Assembly: GCA_963811605.1 (NCBI GenBank)
Contig: CAWESA010000011.1
Location: forward strand, 159,698 to 223,697
Length of the DNA: 64,000 nt
Direction of reading: 5' to 3'
Origin: an uncultured delta proteobacterium
GTDB lineage: Bacteria; Desulfobacterota; Binatia; DP-6
Position numbers and translations under genes: made by a program. The stretch's first letter is position 1. Every line of letters starts with the position of its first letter. Shown piece by piece: positions 10,239-19,139 of the stretch. Under the pieces are notes generated by a model. That model was given only the letters and a program-made list of their open reading frames with translations. It did no database searches and was not told the DNA's origin.

Positions 10239-11353
10239 TCTCCACCGCCGCCCTGCTGCTGGCGCTCGTGGCCACGCATGCCGCGGCCGAGCCCTACCTG
10301 GCGGTGCGGTCGGGCGCCAAGTGCAGCGACTGCCACACCAACCTCGACGGCGGCGGCAAGCGCACGGCGTTCGCCCACATCCACGCCCACGACATCCTCC
10401 ACGATCTGCGCATCCTCCCGCTCCCGAAGGGCGTCGAGAGCTTCAACGGCGAGATCAATCCCTACGTCTCCATCGGCGGCGATCTGCGCGTGCGGAGCAC
10501 GTCGACGTTCGATTCCGCCATCGACTCCGAGGGTCGCGTGCCCATGAACAGGGCCTTCCGGAGCCACTTCGCCTCCGAGGAGCTCGACGTCCAGGAGGCG
10601 CTCGGCTACATCCAGGTCGACCTCTGGCCCGACGTCCTCTCGCTGTACGGCGACTTCAACGCCGCCGGCGGCGGAGTCACCGCGCGCGAGACGTTCGCGC
10701 TGCTCAAGCTTCCCTGGGATACCTTCGTCAAGGGCGGCCGCTTCTTCCCGCCCTTCGGGCTCCGCATCTACGAGGATGCAGCCTACATCCGCACCGACAC
10801 CGGGTTCACGTTCCAGAATCCCGACGAGGGCATCGAGTTCGGGGCCATGCCGGGGCCGTTCTACATCGCCGCCTCGGTGACCAACGGCGCCGGCGGCGAT
10901 CGCGACGTGCTGACCTCGCTCAATGCCTACGGCATGTTCGAGGACGTTCCCGTGGTCCGGAACGTCCTCGTCGGCGCCTCGGTCGCGCGCCAGTCGAACA
11001 AGCGCACGGTGTCGGCGTTCTACGCCGGCGCGAACCTCTGGAAGTTCACCTATCTCGGCGAGTTCGACGTCTACGACGACCGCACCGTGCTGCCGCCCGA
11101 CACCGGCAGGGACCACTTCGCCTCCTACGCCGAGGTCAACCTCCTCCTCTTCGACTGGCTCAACCTGCGCGGCACGTTCGACTTCCTCAGGGTGTCGGGC
11201 AACCGCAACACGACGCGCTACACGATCGGCACCGAGCCGTTCATCGACCGGTTCTTCCAGCCCCGCCTCTACTACGTCATCAACAACGGGCCCGGGAACG
11301 AGCCGCAGCTCAACACGACGGCGATCGTGTTCGAGCTGCACTTCTTCTTCTAG
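10220..11353 (+). CDS. outer-membrane beta-barrel protein
   Basis: Starts MRAEQLISTAALLLALVATHAAA (signal peptide). Alternating amphipathic beta-strand pattern. C-terminal ...TTAIVFELHFFF (terminal Phe) is typical of OMPs. It overlaps the upstream lipoprotein gene by 19 nt, which suggests an operon. Confidence 0.5.
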   Translation: MRAEQLISTAALLLALVATHAAAEPYLAVRSGAKCSDCHTNLDGGGKRTAFAHIHAHDILHDLRILPLPKGVESFNGEINPYVSIGGDLRVRSTSTFDSAIDSEGRVPMNRAFRSHFASEELDVQEALGYIQVDLWPDVLSLYGDFNAAGGGVTARETFALLKLPWDTFVKGGRFFPPFGLRIYEDAAYIRTDTGFTFQNPDEGIEFGAMPGPFYIAASVTNGAGGDRDVLTSLNAYGMFEDVPVVRNVLVGASVARQSNKRTVSAFYAGANLWKFTYLGEFDVYDDRTVLPPDTGRDHFASYAEVNLLLFDWLNLRGTFDFLRVSGNRNTTRYTIGTEPFIDRFFQPRLYYVINNGPGNEPQLNTTAIVFELHFFF

Positions 11354-11355
11354 CG

Positions 11356-11709
11356 CTACTTCACGTCCTCGACGATCAAGCCGTTCACACCGCCCTGGGT
11401 CACCTTCTTCCCCTCCACCGTGATCGTCTTGGCGGCCGCCTCGAGCGCCGTCGCGTAGGCCTTCGGGTTCTCGTGATCCTCGAGCAGGAGAAATACCTGG
11501 CTGTCGTCGGTGAGGATGCCCATGGGCAGCCCCTTCTTGGCGCACGTCTCGGCGCACTTCTTGTGGCTCGGACCCTTGCTCGTCTCGGGGTGGTGCAGGT
11601 AGCAGGACATGTCGATCACTTCGCCGGTGACGCTGTCATCGGCTCGCGCCGTCACGATACCGCCCGCAAGCAGCGCCGCGGCCACGATCGTCGTTCGCAT
11701 CGCTCGCAT
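11356..11709 (-). CDS. small secreted protein, possible metal-binding (hypothetical)
   Basis: Signal peptide MRAMRTTIVAAALLAGGIVTARA. Cys/His cluster MSCYLHHPETSKGPSHKKCAETCAKKG. Protein-like composition otherwise. Confidence 0.4.
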   Translation of the reverse strand: MRAMRTTIVAAALLAGGIVTARADDSVTGEVIDMSCYLHHPETSKGPSHKKCAETCAKKGLPMGILTDDSQVFLLLEDHENPKAYATALEAAAKTITVEGKKVTQGGVNGLIVEDVK

Positions 11710-11735
11710 TTCGTCTTCCTCCTGACCTCTCCCGC

Positions 11736-12077
11736 CTAACGGCGGCCTCCCTTGGAGTCAACTTCGTGCTCCGGCACCAGGTCGGGGGCGTCGAGCGCCG
11801 GCGTGAACACCACCAGGGTCACGGCCGGCTCCGGGCCACGGCGGGCGAACCAGTGCACCCGATCGCGTGCCACCAGCATCGCGTCGCCGGGTCGGAGCTT
11901 GATCACCGAGCCGTCGAGCGTGAGCACCCCCTCCCCACGCAGCAGTGCTGGCGGTGGCGGTGCGTCCAGCCCCCCGGGCACGGCCCTGACCACCCGGGGC
12001 TCTGCCGGACGCATACAGGCGGCCGCGACGAGGCTCACCACGAGCGCCGCCACCCGGATCGGGATGCGCTGCGGCAT
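11736..12077 (-). CDS. secreted cupin-domain protein
   Basis: Signal peptide MPQRIPIRVAALVVSLVAAAC. Cupin-like beta pattern (GVLTLDGSVIKLRPGDAMLVARDRVHWFARRG). Confidence 0.45.
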   Translation of the reverse strand: MPQRIPIRVAALVVSLVAAACMRPAEPRVVRAVPGGLDAPPPPALLRGEGVLTLDGSVIKLRPGDAMLVARDRVHWFARRGPEPAVTLVVFTPALDAPDLVPEHEVDSKGGRR

Positions 12078-12456
12078 GAGACGTTCTGCTCTCCGGCATG
12101 GCCCCCGGCAAGGCCCCGCGACGCATCGCGACGCACGCTCGTCACACGACGATCGGCAAATTTTCAGTTGACGGCGGCGACCGACCTGCGCGAGGATGCG
12201 TTGCCATCACCGAGGGGGTACCACCAAGATGACCGGGATCGACGCCCTGTTCCTCGAACGACTCGTCATCGGCGGATTGCTGGCCGCGCTCGCAGTGTGT
12301 GTCGCATTCGGCCCCGAGCTCCGCCGCGCGCTGGCTCGCATCCGCCAACCCCGGACTGCCGACGAGCGGACCGCCATCGGCGTCGAGCCGACCGCGTCCT
12401 GACCTTCCCGCGTCCGCGAGTTTCGCCTCTGCGGCACCGCTGCTAGAGTCGCCGAC

Positions 12457-14841
12457 GTGGTGACCAGCCGCGCCCTGCCGCGCGGGGGGTGTCGCATCGC
12501 GACGACCGCGCTGATGGCGCTGGCCGCGGTGTTCGCCTGCCGCTCCGTACCTCCGCTCGCTGCCGCCCCGCCGGGAGCCACCGTGCCGCCGGTCGACGTG
12601 TCGCGGCTCCAGGTCCTGATGATCAACGGAGGCGGCAGCAAGAGCCAGAACTACCAATCCCATCTCCTGCACCTGCGCGGCCTGTACGACGTGCTGGAGC
12701 GCGCCGGCATTCCCGGCCCCATGATCTCGCTCTACGTCAGCGACGGGACCGATCCCGCACCGGACGTGGCCGTGCGCGAGGCCCAGCCAGAGGCGGACTT
12801 CTGGCTGCTCGAGGGTAGCCGCCTGGCGGGGCCACTGCGCACGCCCGTGGTGTACGAGAACACCGTCGTTCCCGGGGCGACGCTGTCGGCGGCGACGCGC
12901 GCCGCGCTCCAGCACTGGTTCGACACCACCGGGCGCACGATGCGTCCCGGCGACACCCTCCTGCTCTACGTGACCGATCATGGGGTGCGGAACAAGGAGG
13001 ATCCGAGCAACAACGCGATCACGTTGTGGGGCGACAACGAGCGCTTGTCGGTGAAGGACCTCACCGCCATGCTCGGGCAGCTCGACCCCGGCGTGCGCGT
13101 CGTCGCTCTCATGTCGCAGTGCTACTCGGGAGGCTTCGCGGAGCTCGCCCGTGTCCGCTCGACGGGCGCCCTGCCGGACGGCTCGACCTGCGGATACTTC
13201 TCGTCGACCCCCGATCGCCCCGCCTACGGCTGCTATCCGGAGAACCGCGGCCGCGACAACGTCGGGCACTCCTTCCACTTCATCGAGGCGATCGCCGAGG
13301 GTGGAGAGTTCCTCCGCGCGCATGAGGAGGTCCTGGTGCGCGACGCCAGCCCCGACGTCCCGCTGCGCACCTCCGACGTATTCCTCGGCCACCTCCTGCG
13401 CCGCGCCGCCGACTCGGCGAAGCAGGATCCGAGCGCCTTCGCCGATCGCTTCCTGCGTGCCGCCCGGGCCGATCCGGCATCGTTCGAGCCCGAGCTGCGC
13501 CTGCTCGATCGCATCGGACAGGCGTATGGATTCGCCGGCCCGCGGTCGCTGCACGAGCTCGATCAGCAAGCCGGTCGCGTGCCCGACCTGGCGGCGCAGC
13601 TGCGCACTCAGCACGCCGCGTGGGAGGCGGCCCTCGATTCCGCCGCCCGGGCCAATCTCGACCGCTTCCTCGAGCGCGAGCCGAGCTGGAAGACGCGCAC
13701 CGACGAGCAGACGCTGCGCAGCCTCACGCCGGCGGCCGCACGCACGCTGACCGGCGAGCTGCTGCGCGACCTCGGACCGTCGACCCGCGCCGATGCGAGC
13801 GTCGAGCACCGCCTGGAGGTGCTGCGATCGCGCACCGAGGAGTCCGGCGAGGTGGCCTATCGCATGGATGTCCGCGACGGCGTCCGGCTCCGGCTCCAGG
13901 CCCTCCTCACGACCGTCGCCGGGCGCGCCTATCTCGCCGAGCGCGGCACCCCGGAGGAACGCGCCGCCTACGAGGCCCTGCGCCGCTGCGAGGCGTTCGC
14001 GATCTCCCCCGTGCCGTTGCCACCGGAGCTGCAGCTGTCGCGTCCCGAGGCGTTTCCTGCCTTCGATGCCGATCTCGCGGCGGTCGCGCGCGTCACGCCC
14101 GGGTGGATGGGCATTCAATTTCGCCAGGCGTCGGACTCCGCACGCGCCGCCGCCGGCCTGTCGCCCGGCGCGGCGAGCGTCCTGTCGGTGTACGACGGCT
14201 CGCCCGCACGCCGGGCCGGCCTGCGCCCGGGCGACATCGTGCTCGGACCGCCGCATCTGCACTTCGCGGAGCGCGACCAGATCCGGGAGTGGACGATGCT
14301 GTCCGCGGTCGACGAGCCCGCCAGGTTGGACGTGCTGCGTGACGGGCGTCCGCTCGACGTCACGCTCACGCCGAAGCCGTTCCCGCAGAAGCTCCCGGCC
14401 CTCCCGGGCCCGCCCAAGGTCGGGAGCGCCGCCCCGCCGCTGCGGCTCGGCGCGTATCGCGGGACGCCGCCGCGCTCGCTCGCCACCGGCACGCCGCACC
14501 TCCTCTTCTTCTGGGCGACGTGGTGTGCCGTCTGCAAGTCCGCGCTTCCCGAGATCGTCGCCTTCGAGCACGACCGCCGAACACCGGTGGTGGCGATCAC
14601 CGACGAGGACACGAACCGGCTGGATCCGTTCTTCGCGCAGCACGTCGGCCCCTTCCCCGCCCTGGTGGCGACCGACGAGACCCGTCAGGCCTTCCTGACG
14701 TACGGCGTCAGCGGCATGCCCACCTTCGTGCTGGTCGACGGCAAGGGCATCGTCCGCGGCTACGCGACGGGCTACTCCCCGGCCAAAGGCCTCCCGCTCG
14801 ACGGCTGGCGCTGGGCCAAGGCGCCGGCGCCGAAGTCCTGA
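12457..14841 (+). CDS. secreted multidomain protein: caspase-fold peptidase (C13/legumain-like), PDZ, TlpA-like thioredoxin
   Basis: 794 aa with a signal peptide. Catalytic-dyad-like motifs LLLYVTDHGV and VVALMSQCYSGGF match the legumain/GPI8 spacing. PDZ domain (WMGIQFRQ...SVLSVYDGSPARRAGLRPGDIVLG). C-terminal redoxin domain with WATWCAVCKS (CxxC) and GMPTFVLVD. Confidence 0.75.
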   Translation: MVTSRALPRGGCRIATTALMALAAVFACRSVPPLAAAPPGATVPPVDVSRLQVLMINGGGSKSQNYQSHLLHLRGLYDVLERAGIPGPMISLYVSDGTDPAPDVAVREAQPEADFWLLEGSRLAGPLRTPVVYENTVVPGATLSAATRAALQHWFDTTGRTMRPGDTLLLYVTDHGVRNKEDPSNNAITLWGDNERLSVKDLTAMLGQLDPGVRVVALMSQCYSGGFAELARVRSTGALPDGSTCGYFSSTPDRPAYGCYPENRGRDNVGHSFHFIEAIAEGGEFLRAHEEVLVRDASPDVPLRTSDVFLGHLLRRAADSAKQDPSAFADRFLRAARADPASFEPELRLLDRIGQAYGFAGPRSLHELDQQAGRVPDLAAQLRTQHAAWEAALDSAARANLDRFLEREPSWKTRTDEQTLRSLTPAAARTLTGELLRDLGPSTRADASVEHRLEVLRSRTEESGEVAYRMDVRDGVRLRLQALLTTVAGRAYLAERGTPEERAAYEALRRCEAFAISPVPLPPELQLSRPEAFPAFDADLAAVARVTPGWMGIQFRQASDSARAAAGLSPGAASVLSVYDGSPARRAGLRPGDIVLGPPHLHFAERDQIREWTMLSAVDEPARLDVLRDGRPLDVTLTPKPFPQKLPALPGPPKVGSAAPPLRLGAYRGTPPRSLATGTPHLLFFWATWCAVCKSALPEIVAFEHDRRTPVVAITDEDTNRLDPFFAQHVGPFPALVATDETRQAFLTYGVSGMPTFVLVDGKGIVRGYATGYSPAKGLPLDGWRWAKAPAPKS

Positions 14842-14882
14842 TCTCGCACGCGGAGCTCCGCAGTTCCGTTGACCCGGCCTGC

Positions 14883-14896
14883 GTTAGCATGCTAAC
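14883..14896. promoter_or_regulatory. perfect 14-bp palindrome GTTAGCATGCTAAC upstream of the Cys-rich protein gene
   Basis: The sequence read directly is self-complementary. It lies about 30 bp upstream of the start at 14927 and could be a regulator-binding site. Confidence 0.25.
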
Positions 14897-14926
14897 TGCC
14901 GCCCGCTGGCAGCACCGCGTCCAGCC

Positions 14927-15859
14927 TTGCCTCGAGGAGACCAGCCCGTGCCGACCGCGCTCCGCTGCCTCACCTTGGTCCTCGCCGCCGTGCTCTGCGT
15001 GGGGGCCGCCCGCGCCCACGCGGACGGCTGCGGCGACGGCGTGCTCGATGCCGGCGAGACCTGTGACGACGGCTCGGCCAACGGGGCCTTCGTCTCGTGC
15101 TGTACGGCGACCTGCGCGCTGCGCGACGCCGGGGAGATCTGCCGCGCGTCCAGCGGCGCCTGCGACGTGCCCGAGACGTGCGACGGAACATCTCCGACCT
15201 GTCCCGCGGACATCGTCCTCCCGGACGGCGACGCCGACGGCATCTGCGACCCGTTCGATTCCTGCCCCTCGACACCCGACCCGGTTCAGGCCGACGACGA
15301 CGCAGATGGACTGGGCAACGCCTGTGATCCCTGCGCCAACGTCGTCCCCACCATCGTGCGGAAGGCCGTGCTGAAGATCTCGAAGCTGTTCACCGGACCG
15401 GGAGACGATCGCCTGAAGCTGAAGCTCACCGCCGAGGCCGTCCCGGCGCAGCCCGCACTCGATCTGACGGCGCAGGGCATCCGCTTCCTGCTCGCCGACG
15501 CCCTGGGCACCGTCATCATCGACGCGCGCCTGCCCGGCGGCCAGTACACCTCCAGCGTCCGCGCCGGGTGGAAGGGCAGCGGCTCCGGATGGAGCTACGC
15601 CAACGGAGGGCAAGTCCTGCCGCTCATCCAGGGCATCACGAAGGCCTCGGTCAAGGGACGCGCGTCCCGCCCGGGCACGTTCACCATCGCCGTGGTCGGC
15701 AAGAAGGGCAGCTACGGGGTCGTTCCCGGTGGCTTGCCGCTGTTCGCAACCGTGGTGCTGGACCCGCCCGTGGCAACCACGGGGCAGTGCGTCGAGGTGG
15801 CATTCGCCCCTCCGTCCGGCTGCTTTCTCTCCAGCAACGGGTCGGTCATCTGCAAGTGA
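14927..15859 (+). CDS. secreted cysteine-rich repeat protein (Myxococcus-type Cys-rich repeat + TSP3-like Asp-rich repeat + C-terminal domain shared with the next gene)
   Basis: Signal peptide. Cys-rich repeat DGCGDGVLDAGETCDDGSANGAFVSCCTATC. One CRASSGACDVPETCDGTSPTCPAD unit. Acidic repeat DGDADGICDPFDSCP...DDDADGLGNACDPC (thrombospondin type-3-like). The C-terminal 190 aa are paralogous to the C-terminus of the protein encoded at 15991-18465. Confidence 0.7.
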   Translation: MPRGDQPVPTALRCLTLVLAAVLCVGAARAHADGCGDGVLDAGETCDDGSANGAFVSCCTATCALRDAGEICRASSGACDVPETCDGTSPTCPADIVLPDGDADGICDPFDSCPSTPDPVQADDDADGLGNACDPCANVVPTIVRKAVLKISKLFTGPGDDRLKLKLTAEAVPAQPALDLTAQGIRFLLADALGTVIIDARLPGGQYTSSVRAGWKGSGSGWSYANGGQVLPLIQGITKASVKGRASRPGTFTIAVVGKKGSYGVVPGGLPLFATVVLDPPVATTGQCVEVAFAPPSGCFLSSNGSVICK

Positions 15860-15990
15860 GGCGGCCCGGGACGCAATTTTCTTGCCTGCTGTCGCGTTTT
15901 TCTTGACACGCACACCGGGGCTCGTGGTACCTCGCCCCCGCCAGACCCGGCTCGACTGGACGAGCGGGGCACACCAGAGGGGGGAACCGG

Positions 15991-18465
15991 ATGACCGGAG
16001 CACGTCGACGCACCATCGGCACGGGAATCGCCGCACTCGCGAGCCTCGTGCTCCTGTCCGCCGGCCCGGCCCGTGCGCAGTCGATCACGGGCCTCGCCGC
16101 GGTCAAGAACGCCGGTAACAACCCGGACAACTTCCAGGACGGCCTCACCGTCAGCTACCAGCGCACCAGCACCGTCGGCGTGCTGTCGAACAACGGCGTC
16201 GTGGCGCGCGTGCGCTACCAGGAAGCCGTCGGCGTCGACGTGGGCGCGTTCTCCTCGCAGAGCAACTCGCTCGCCAGCGATTACAACGTCAACTTCTCCG
16301 TCACGGCTCCGGGCGCCTACGACCTCAACATCACGACCAGCCTGAACGGCGCCTTCACGATCGAGGACGACGGCGACGGGCCGGGCACCGCCGACGCCAC
16401 CGGGGTCACCGGCACGCAGACGGGCGGCACGCTCGCCAGCGGCACGCTCAACCTCACCGATCCGGGTGGCCCGGTCACGTCGGGCAACGTCGGCTTCCTG
16501 CGCACGTCGGCAGCCACCATCCAGGGAACCAGCAACGGGTCGCCCATCGCGCACACGCTCCGCTTCACCTGGAGCGCGAGCTGCAGCAGCAGCAACGGCT
16601 TCGTCACCGGCGGCGACGAGTGCGCCGTGCGGCTTGGCCTGCCCATCACCTACTCGGGGCAGACGGCCGGCAACTACCCCGGCGTCGGCGGTCGCACTGC
16701 CGCCAACGACGGGCACTTCGTGACCATCTCGCTGGTGTCGCTGTGCGGCGACGGCGTGGCGCAGGGAGCGCGTGGCGAGCAGTGCGATCTCGGCGGCGGC
16801 CTCAACGGCATGCCGGGGACCTGCTGCTCCTCGAGCTGCCAGCTGGTCTCCAACGGCACGACCTGCCGGGCCGCGGCGGGTGACTGCGACCTGGCCGAGA
16901 CCTGCAACGGCTCGAGCCCGAACTGCCCGGCCGACCTCAAGAGCACCGCGCTCTGCCGTGCCGCGCCCGGGGTGTGCGACGTCGCCGAGTTCTGCAACGG
17001 CGTGAGCAACACCTGTCCGGCCGATGGCTTCGCACCGGCGAGCACCGTCTGCCGCGCCGCAGCGGGCAGCTGCGACGTGGCCGAGAACTGCACCGGCACG
17101 GGTCCGAACTGTCCCGCCGACGTCATCCGGTCGAACGGCTTCGTGTGCCGGGGCAGCGCCGGCGTGTGTGACGTCGCCGAGACCTGCAACGGCGTGAGCA
17201 CCGCCTGCCCGGCCGATGGCTTCCTCCCGTCCAGCACTTCGTGTCGCGCCGCCGCGGGCGATTGCGACGTCGCCGAGAACTGCACCGGCAGCGGGCCGGC
17301 CTGCCCGGCCGACGCCGTGGAGCCCAGCACGACCGTCTGTCGTCCCGCCAGCGGGGACTGCGACGAGGCGGAGCACTGCGACGGCGCCGGCGTCGCCTGT
17401 CCGCCGGACGCCTTCCTCGGCAGCACGAGCGGCTCGTTCGTGTGCCGGCCGTCGGCCGGCGCCTGCGACACGCAGGAAGTGTGCGACGGGTCGGGTCCGA
17501 ACTGTCCGCCGGATCTCGTCGCCGGTGCGGGGACCCCGTGCCGCGCCTCGGCGGGCGTGTGTGACCTGGCCGAGACCTGCGACGGCTCGAGCGCGGCGTG
17601 CCCGCCCGACGCCAAGAGCACCGGCGTCTGCCGGCCGGCTGCCGGTATCTGCGACGTGGCAGAAAGCTGCAACGGCGTGAGCAACACCTGCCCGGCCGAT
17701 GCCTTCGCCCCCGCCAGCACCGTGTGTCGTGCATCGACCGGCGCGTGTGACGTCGCCGAGAACTGCACCGGCTCGAGCGCATCCTGCCCGGCCGACACCG
17801 GCCTGCCCGACACCGACGGCGATACGGTGTGCGACGCCATCGACAACTGCATCTCGATCCCGAACGCGTCGCAGGCCAACAACGACAGCGACCCGCTCGG
17901 CGACGCGTGCGATCCCTGCACCAACATCGTTCCCACCGTGCAGGCCAAGGCCAAGCTCAGCATGACCAAGCTCCTGGCGCCGACGGGCGACGACAAGCTG
18001 ACCTTCTCGAGCTACTTCACCGGCGTGCCGGGCACCCCCACCGTCGATCCGATCACCAACGGCGCCCGCTTCATCGTCGTCGACTCCACCGGCGCATTCC
18101 CGGTCGACGTGACGATCCCGGGCGGCGCCTACAACACGGCCAACAAGGTCGGCTGGAAGGCCAACGGCAGCGGCACGTCCTTCACCTACAAGAACGCCGG
18201 CACCGTGGTCCCCCTGATCAACGGCATCAACAAGGTGCAGATCAAGGCCATCCCCTCGACCCCCGGGAAGTTCAAGACGTCGGTCAAGGGCAAGAACGGC
18301 ACCTATCCGGTGAACTCGGCGAACCTGCCGCTGGTCGGCACGATCGTGATCGATCCGCCGTTCGCCAGCACCGGTCAGTGCGGCGAGGCACAGTTCCCGG
18401 CCGCGCCGCCCGCCAAGCCCAGCTGCATCACCGTGGGCGCTGGCAAGACGGTCAAGTGCAAGTAG
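15991..18465 (+). CDS. large secreted cysteine-rich tandem-repeat protein (824 aa)
   Basis: Ribosome-binding site AGAGGGGGGAA. Signal peptide MTGARRRTIGTGIAALASLVLLSAGPARA. About ten tandem ~32-40 aa units with the pattern C[RP]xxxGxCDxAExCxGxxxxCPxD. A TSP3-like repeat (DTDGDTVCDAIDNC...NNDSDPLGDACDPC). The C-terminal domain is homologous to that of the 14927-15859 gene. Confidence 0.8.
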   Translation: MTGARRRTIGTGIAALASLVLLSAGPARAQSITGLAAVKNAGNNPDNFQDGLTVSYQRTSTVGVLSNNGVVARVRYQEAVGVDVGAFSSQSNSLASDYNVNFSVTAPGAYDLNITTSLNGAFTIEDDGDGPGTADATGVTGTQTGGTLASGTLNLTDPGGPVTSGNVGFLRTSAATIQGTSNGSPIAHTLRFTWSASCSSSNGFVTGGDECAVRLGLPITYSGQTAGNYPGVGGRTAANDGHFVTISLVSLCGDGVAQGARGEQCDLGGGLNGMPGTCCSSSCQLVSNGTTCRAAAGDCDLAETCNGSSPNCPADLKSTALCRAAPGVCDVAEFCNGVSNTCPADGFAPASTVCRAAAGSCDVAENCTGTGPNCPADVIRSNGFVCRGSAGVCDVAETCNGVSTACPADGFLPSSTSCRAAAGDCDVAENCTGSGPACPADAVEPSTTVCRPASGDCDEAEHCDGAGVACPPDAFLGSTSGSFVCRPSAGACDTQEVCDGSGPNCPPDLVAGAGTPCRASAGVCDLAETCDGSSAACPPDAKSTGVCRPAAGICDVAESCNGVSNTCPADAFAPASTVCRASTGACDVAENCTGSSASCPADTGLPDTDGDTVCDAIDNCISIPNASQANNDSDPLGDACDPCTNIVPTVQAKAKLSMTKLLAPTGDDKLTFSSYFTGVPGTPTVDPITNGARFIVVDSTGAFPVDVTIPGGAYNTANKVGWKANGSGTSFTYKNAGTVVPLINGINKVQIKAIPSTPGKFKTSVKGKNGTYPVNSANLPLVGTIVIDPPFASTGQCGEAQFPAAPPAKPSCITVGAGKTVKCK
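16861..17810 (+). repeat. in-frame tandem coding repeats (~100-120 nt units, ~10 copies) encoding the 4-Cys CxxxxGxCDxAExCxGxxxxCPxD module
   Basis: Repeated tgccg.gccgc...tgcgacgt.gccgagaactgcaccgg.....tgcccggccga nucleotide units are visible. The repeated peptide units are listed in the CDS entry for 15991-18465. Confidence 0.7.
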
Positions 18466-18550
18466 GGTAGCCGGGACCCACCCAGGCCGCGCACGACCAG
18501 CGCGGGCCCCGGTCGCCTCGGCGATCGGGGCCCGCCCGCGTCTCGAGGCG

Positions 18551-19139
18551 CTACTTCGAGTACTTCACCGAGCAGCCGTACGGCTTGGTCTCGGCCACCG
18601 CCACGGGCTTGCCCGCGGTGATCTCGTCGAGCGCCTCGCCGACGTAGTTGCGCGGGGAGTCGCTCGCGCCGGCGGCGTCATCGTCGATCGCGCCCTGGTA
18701 GACGACCGTGCCCGTCTTGTCGATGACGAACATGTGCGGCGTCGTCCTCGCGCCGTACGCGCCGCCCACGGCGCCCCCGCTGTCATCGAGGATCGGGTAC
18801 TTCATGGCCTGCTCGGCGTGCCAGGCGCGATCCTTGGCCGCGTCCATGTAGCTGGTGCTGTTGACCGCGAGCCACACGACGTCCTTGTCCTTGAAGCGAT
18901 CCGCGAGCGAGCTCATGGTCTTGGCGCGGTAGTGGCGCTGCACGAACGGACAGTCGGGATTCGTCCACTCGAGCACGACGATCTTGCCGCGCAGCTTCGC
19001 GAGGTCGACCTCGCGTCCGTCCTGATCCTTGGCCGTGAACTCCGGGCGCGGGCTGCCCCACGCTCACGGCCGCCCACGATGCGCCCGTCGCGGCAAGAGA
19101 CAGCGCTGCCGCCGCGAGCCACACGCTTCCTCGTGTCAT
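18551..19139 (-). pseudogene. TlpA/ResA-like thioredoxin-family (redoxin) protein with a +1 frameshift
   Basis: Frame A gives signal peptide MTRGSVWLAAAALSLAATGASWAAVSVGQPAP and then goes off-frame. Frame B continues EFTAKDQDGREVDLAKLRGKIVVLEWTNPDCPFVQRHY...HMFVIDKTGTVVYQGAIDDD. The sequence gcgcccgGagttcacggcc carries one extra base, around 19040-19050 on the plus strand. Confidence 0.6.

Noticed and set aside
12229-12402. Possible 57-aa small membrane protein (MTGIDALFLERLVIGGLLAALAVCVAFGPE...) with a GAGGGGG ribosome-binding-site-like sequence upstream
   Set aside because: Plausible hydrophobic helix and Shine-Dalgarno-like motif, but too short and unconserved to support as a gene.
12142-14643. 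833-aa minus-strand ORF
   Set aside because: Entirely antisense to the well-supported peptidase-PDZ-thioredoxin gene. Composition is R/G/A-rich with no domains.
15712-17996. 554-aa and 440-aa minus-strand ORFs
   Set aside because: Antisense to the Cys-rich repeat protein genes. They are repetitive because they mirror the coding repeats. No start context or domains.
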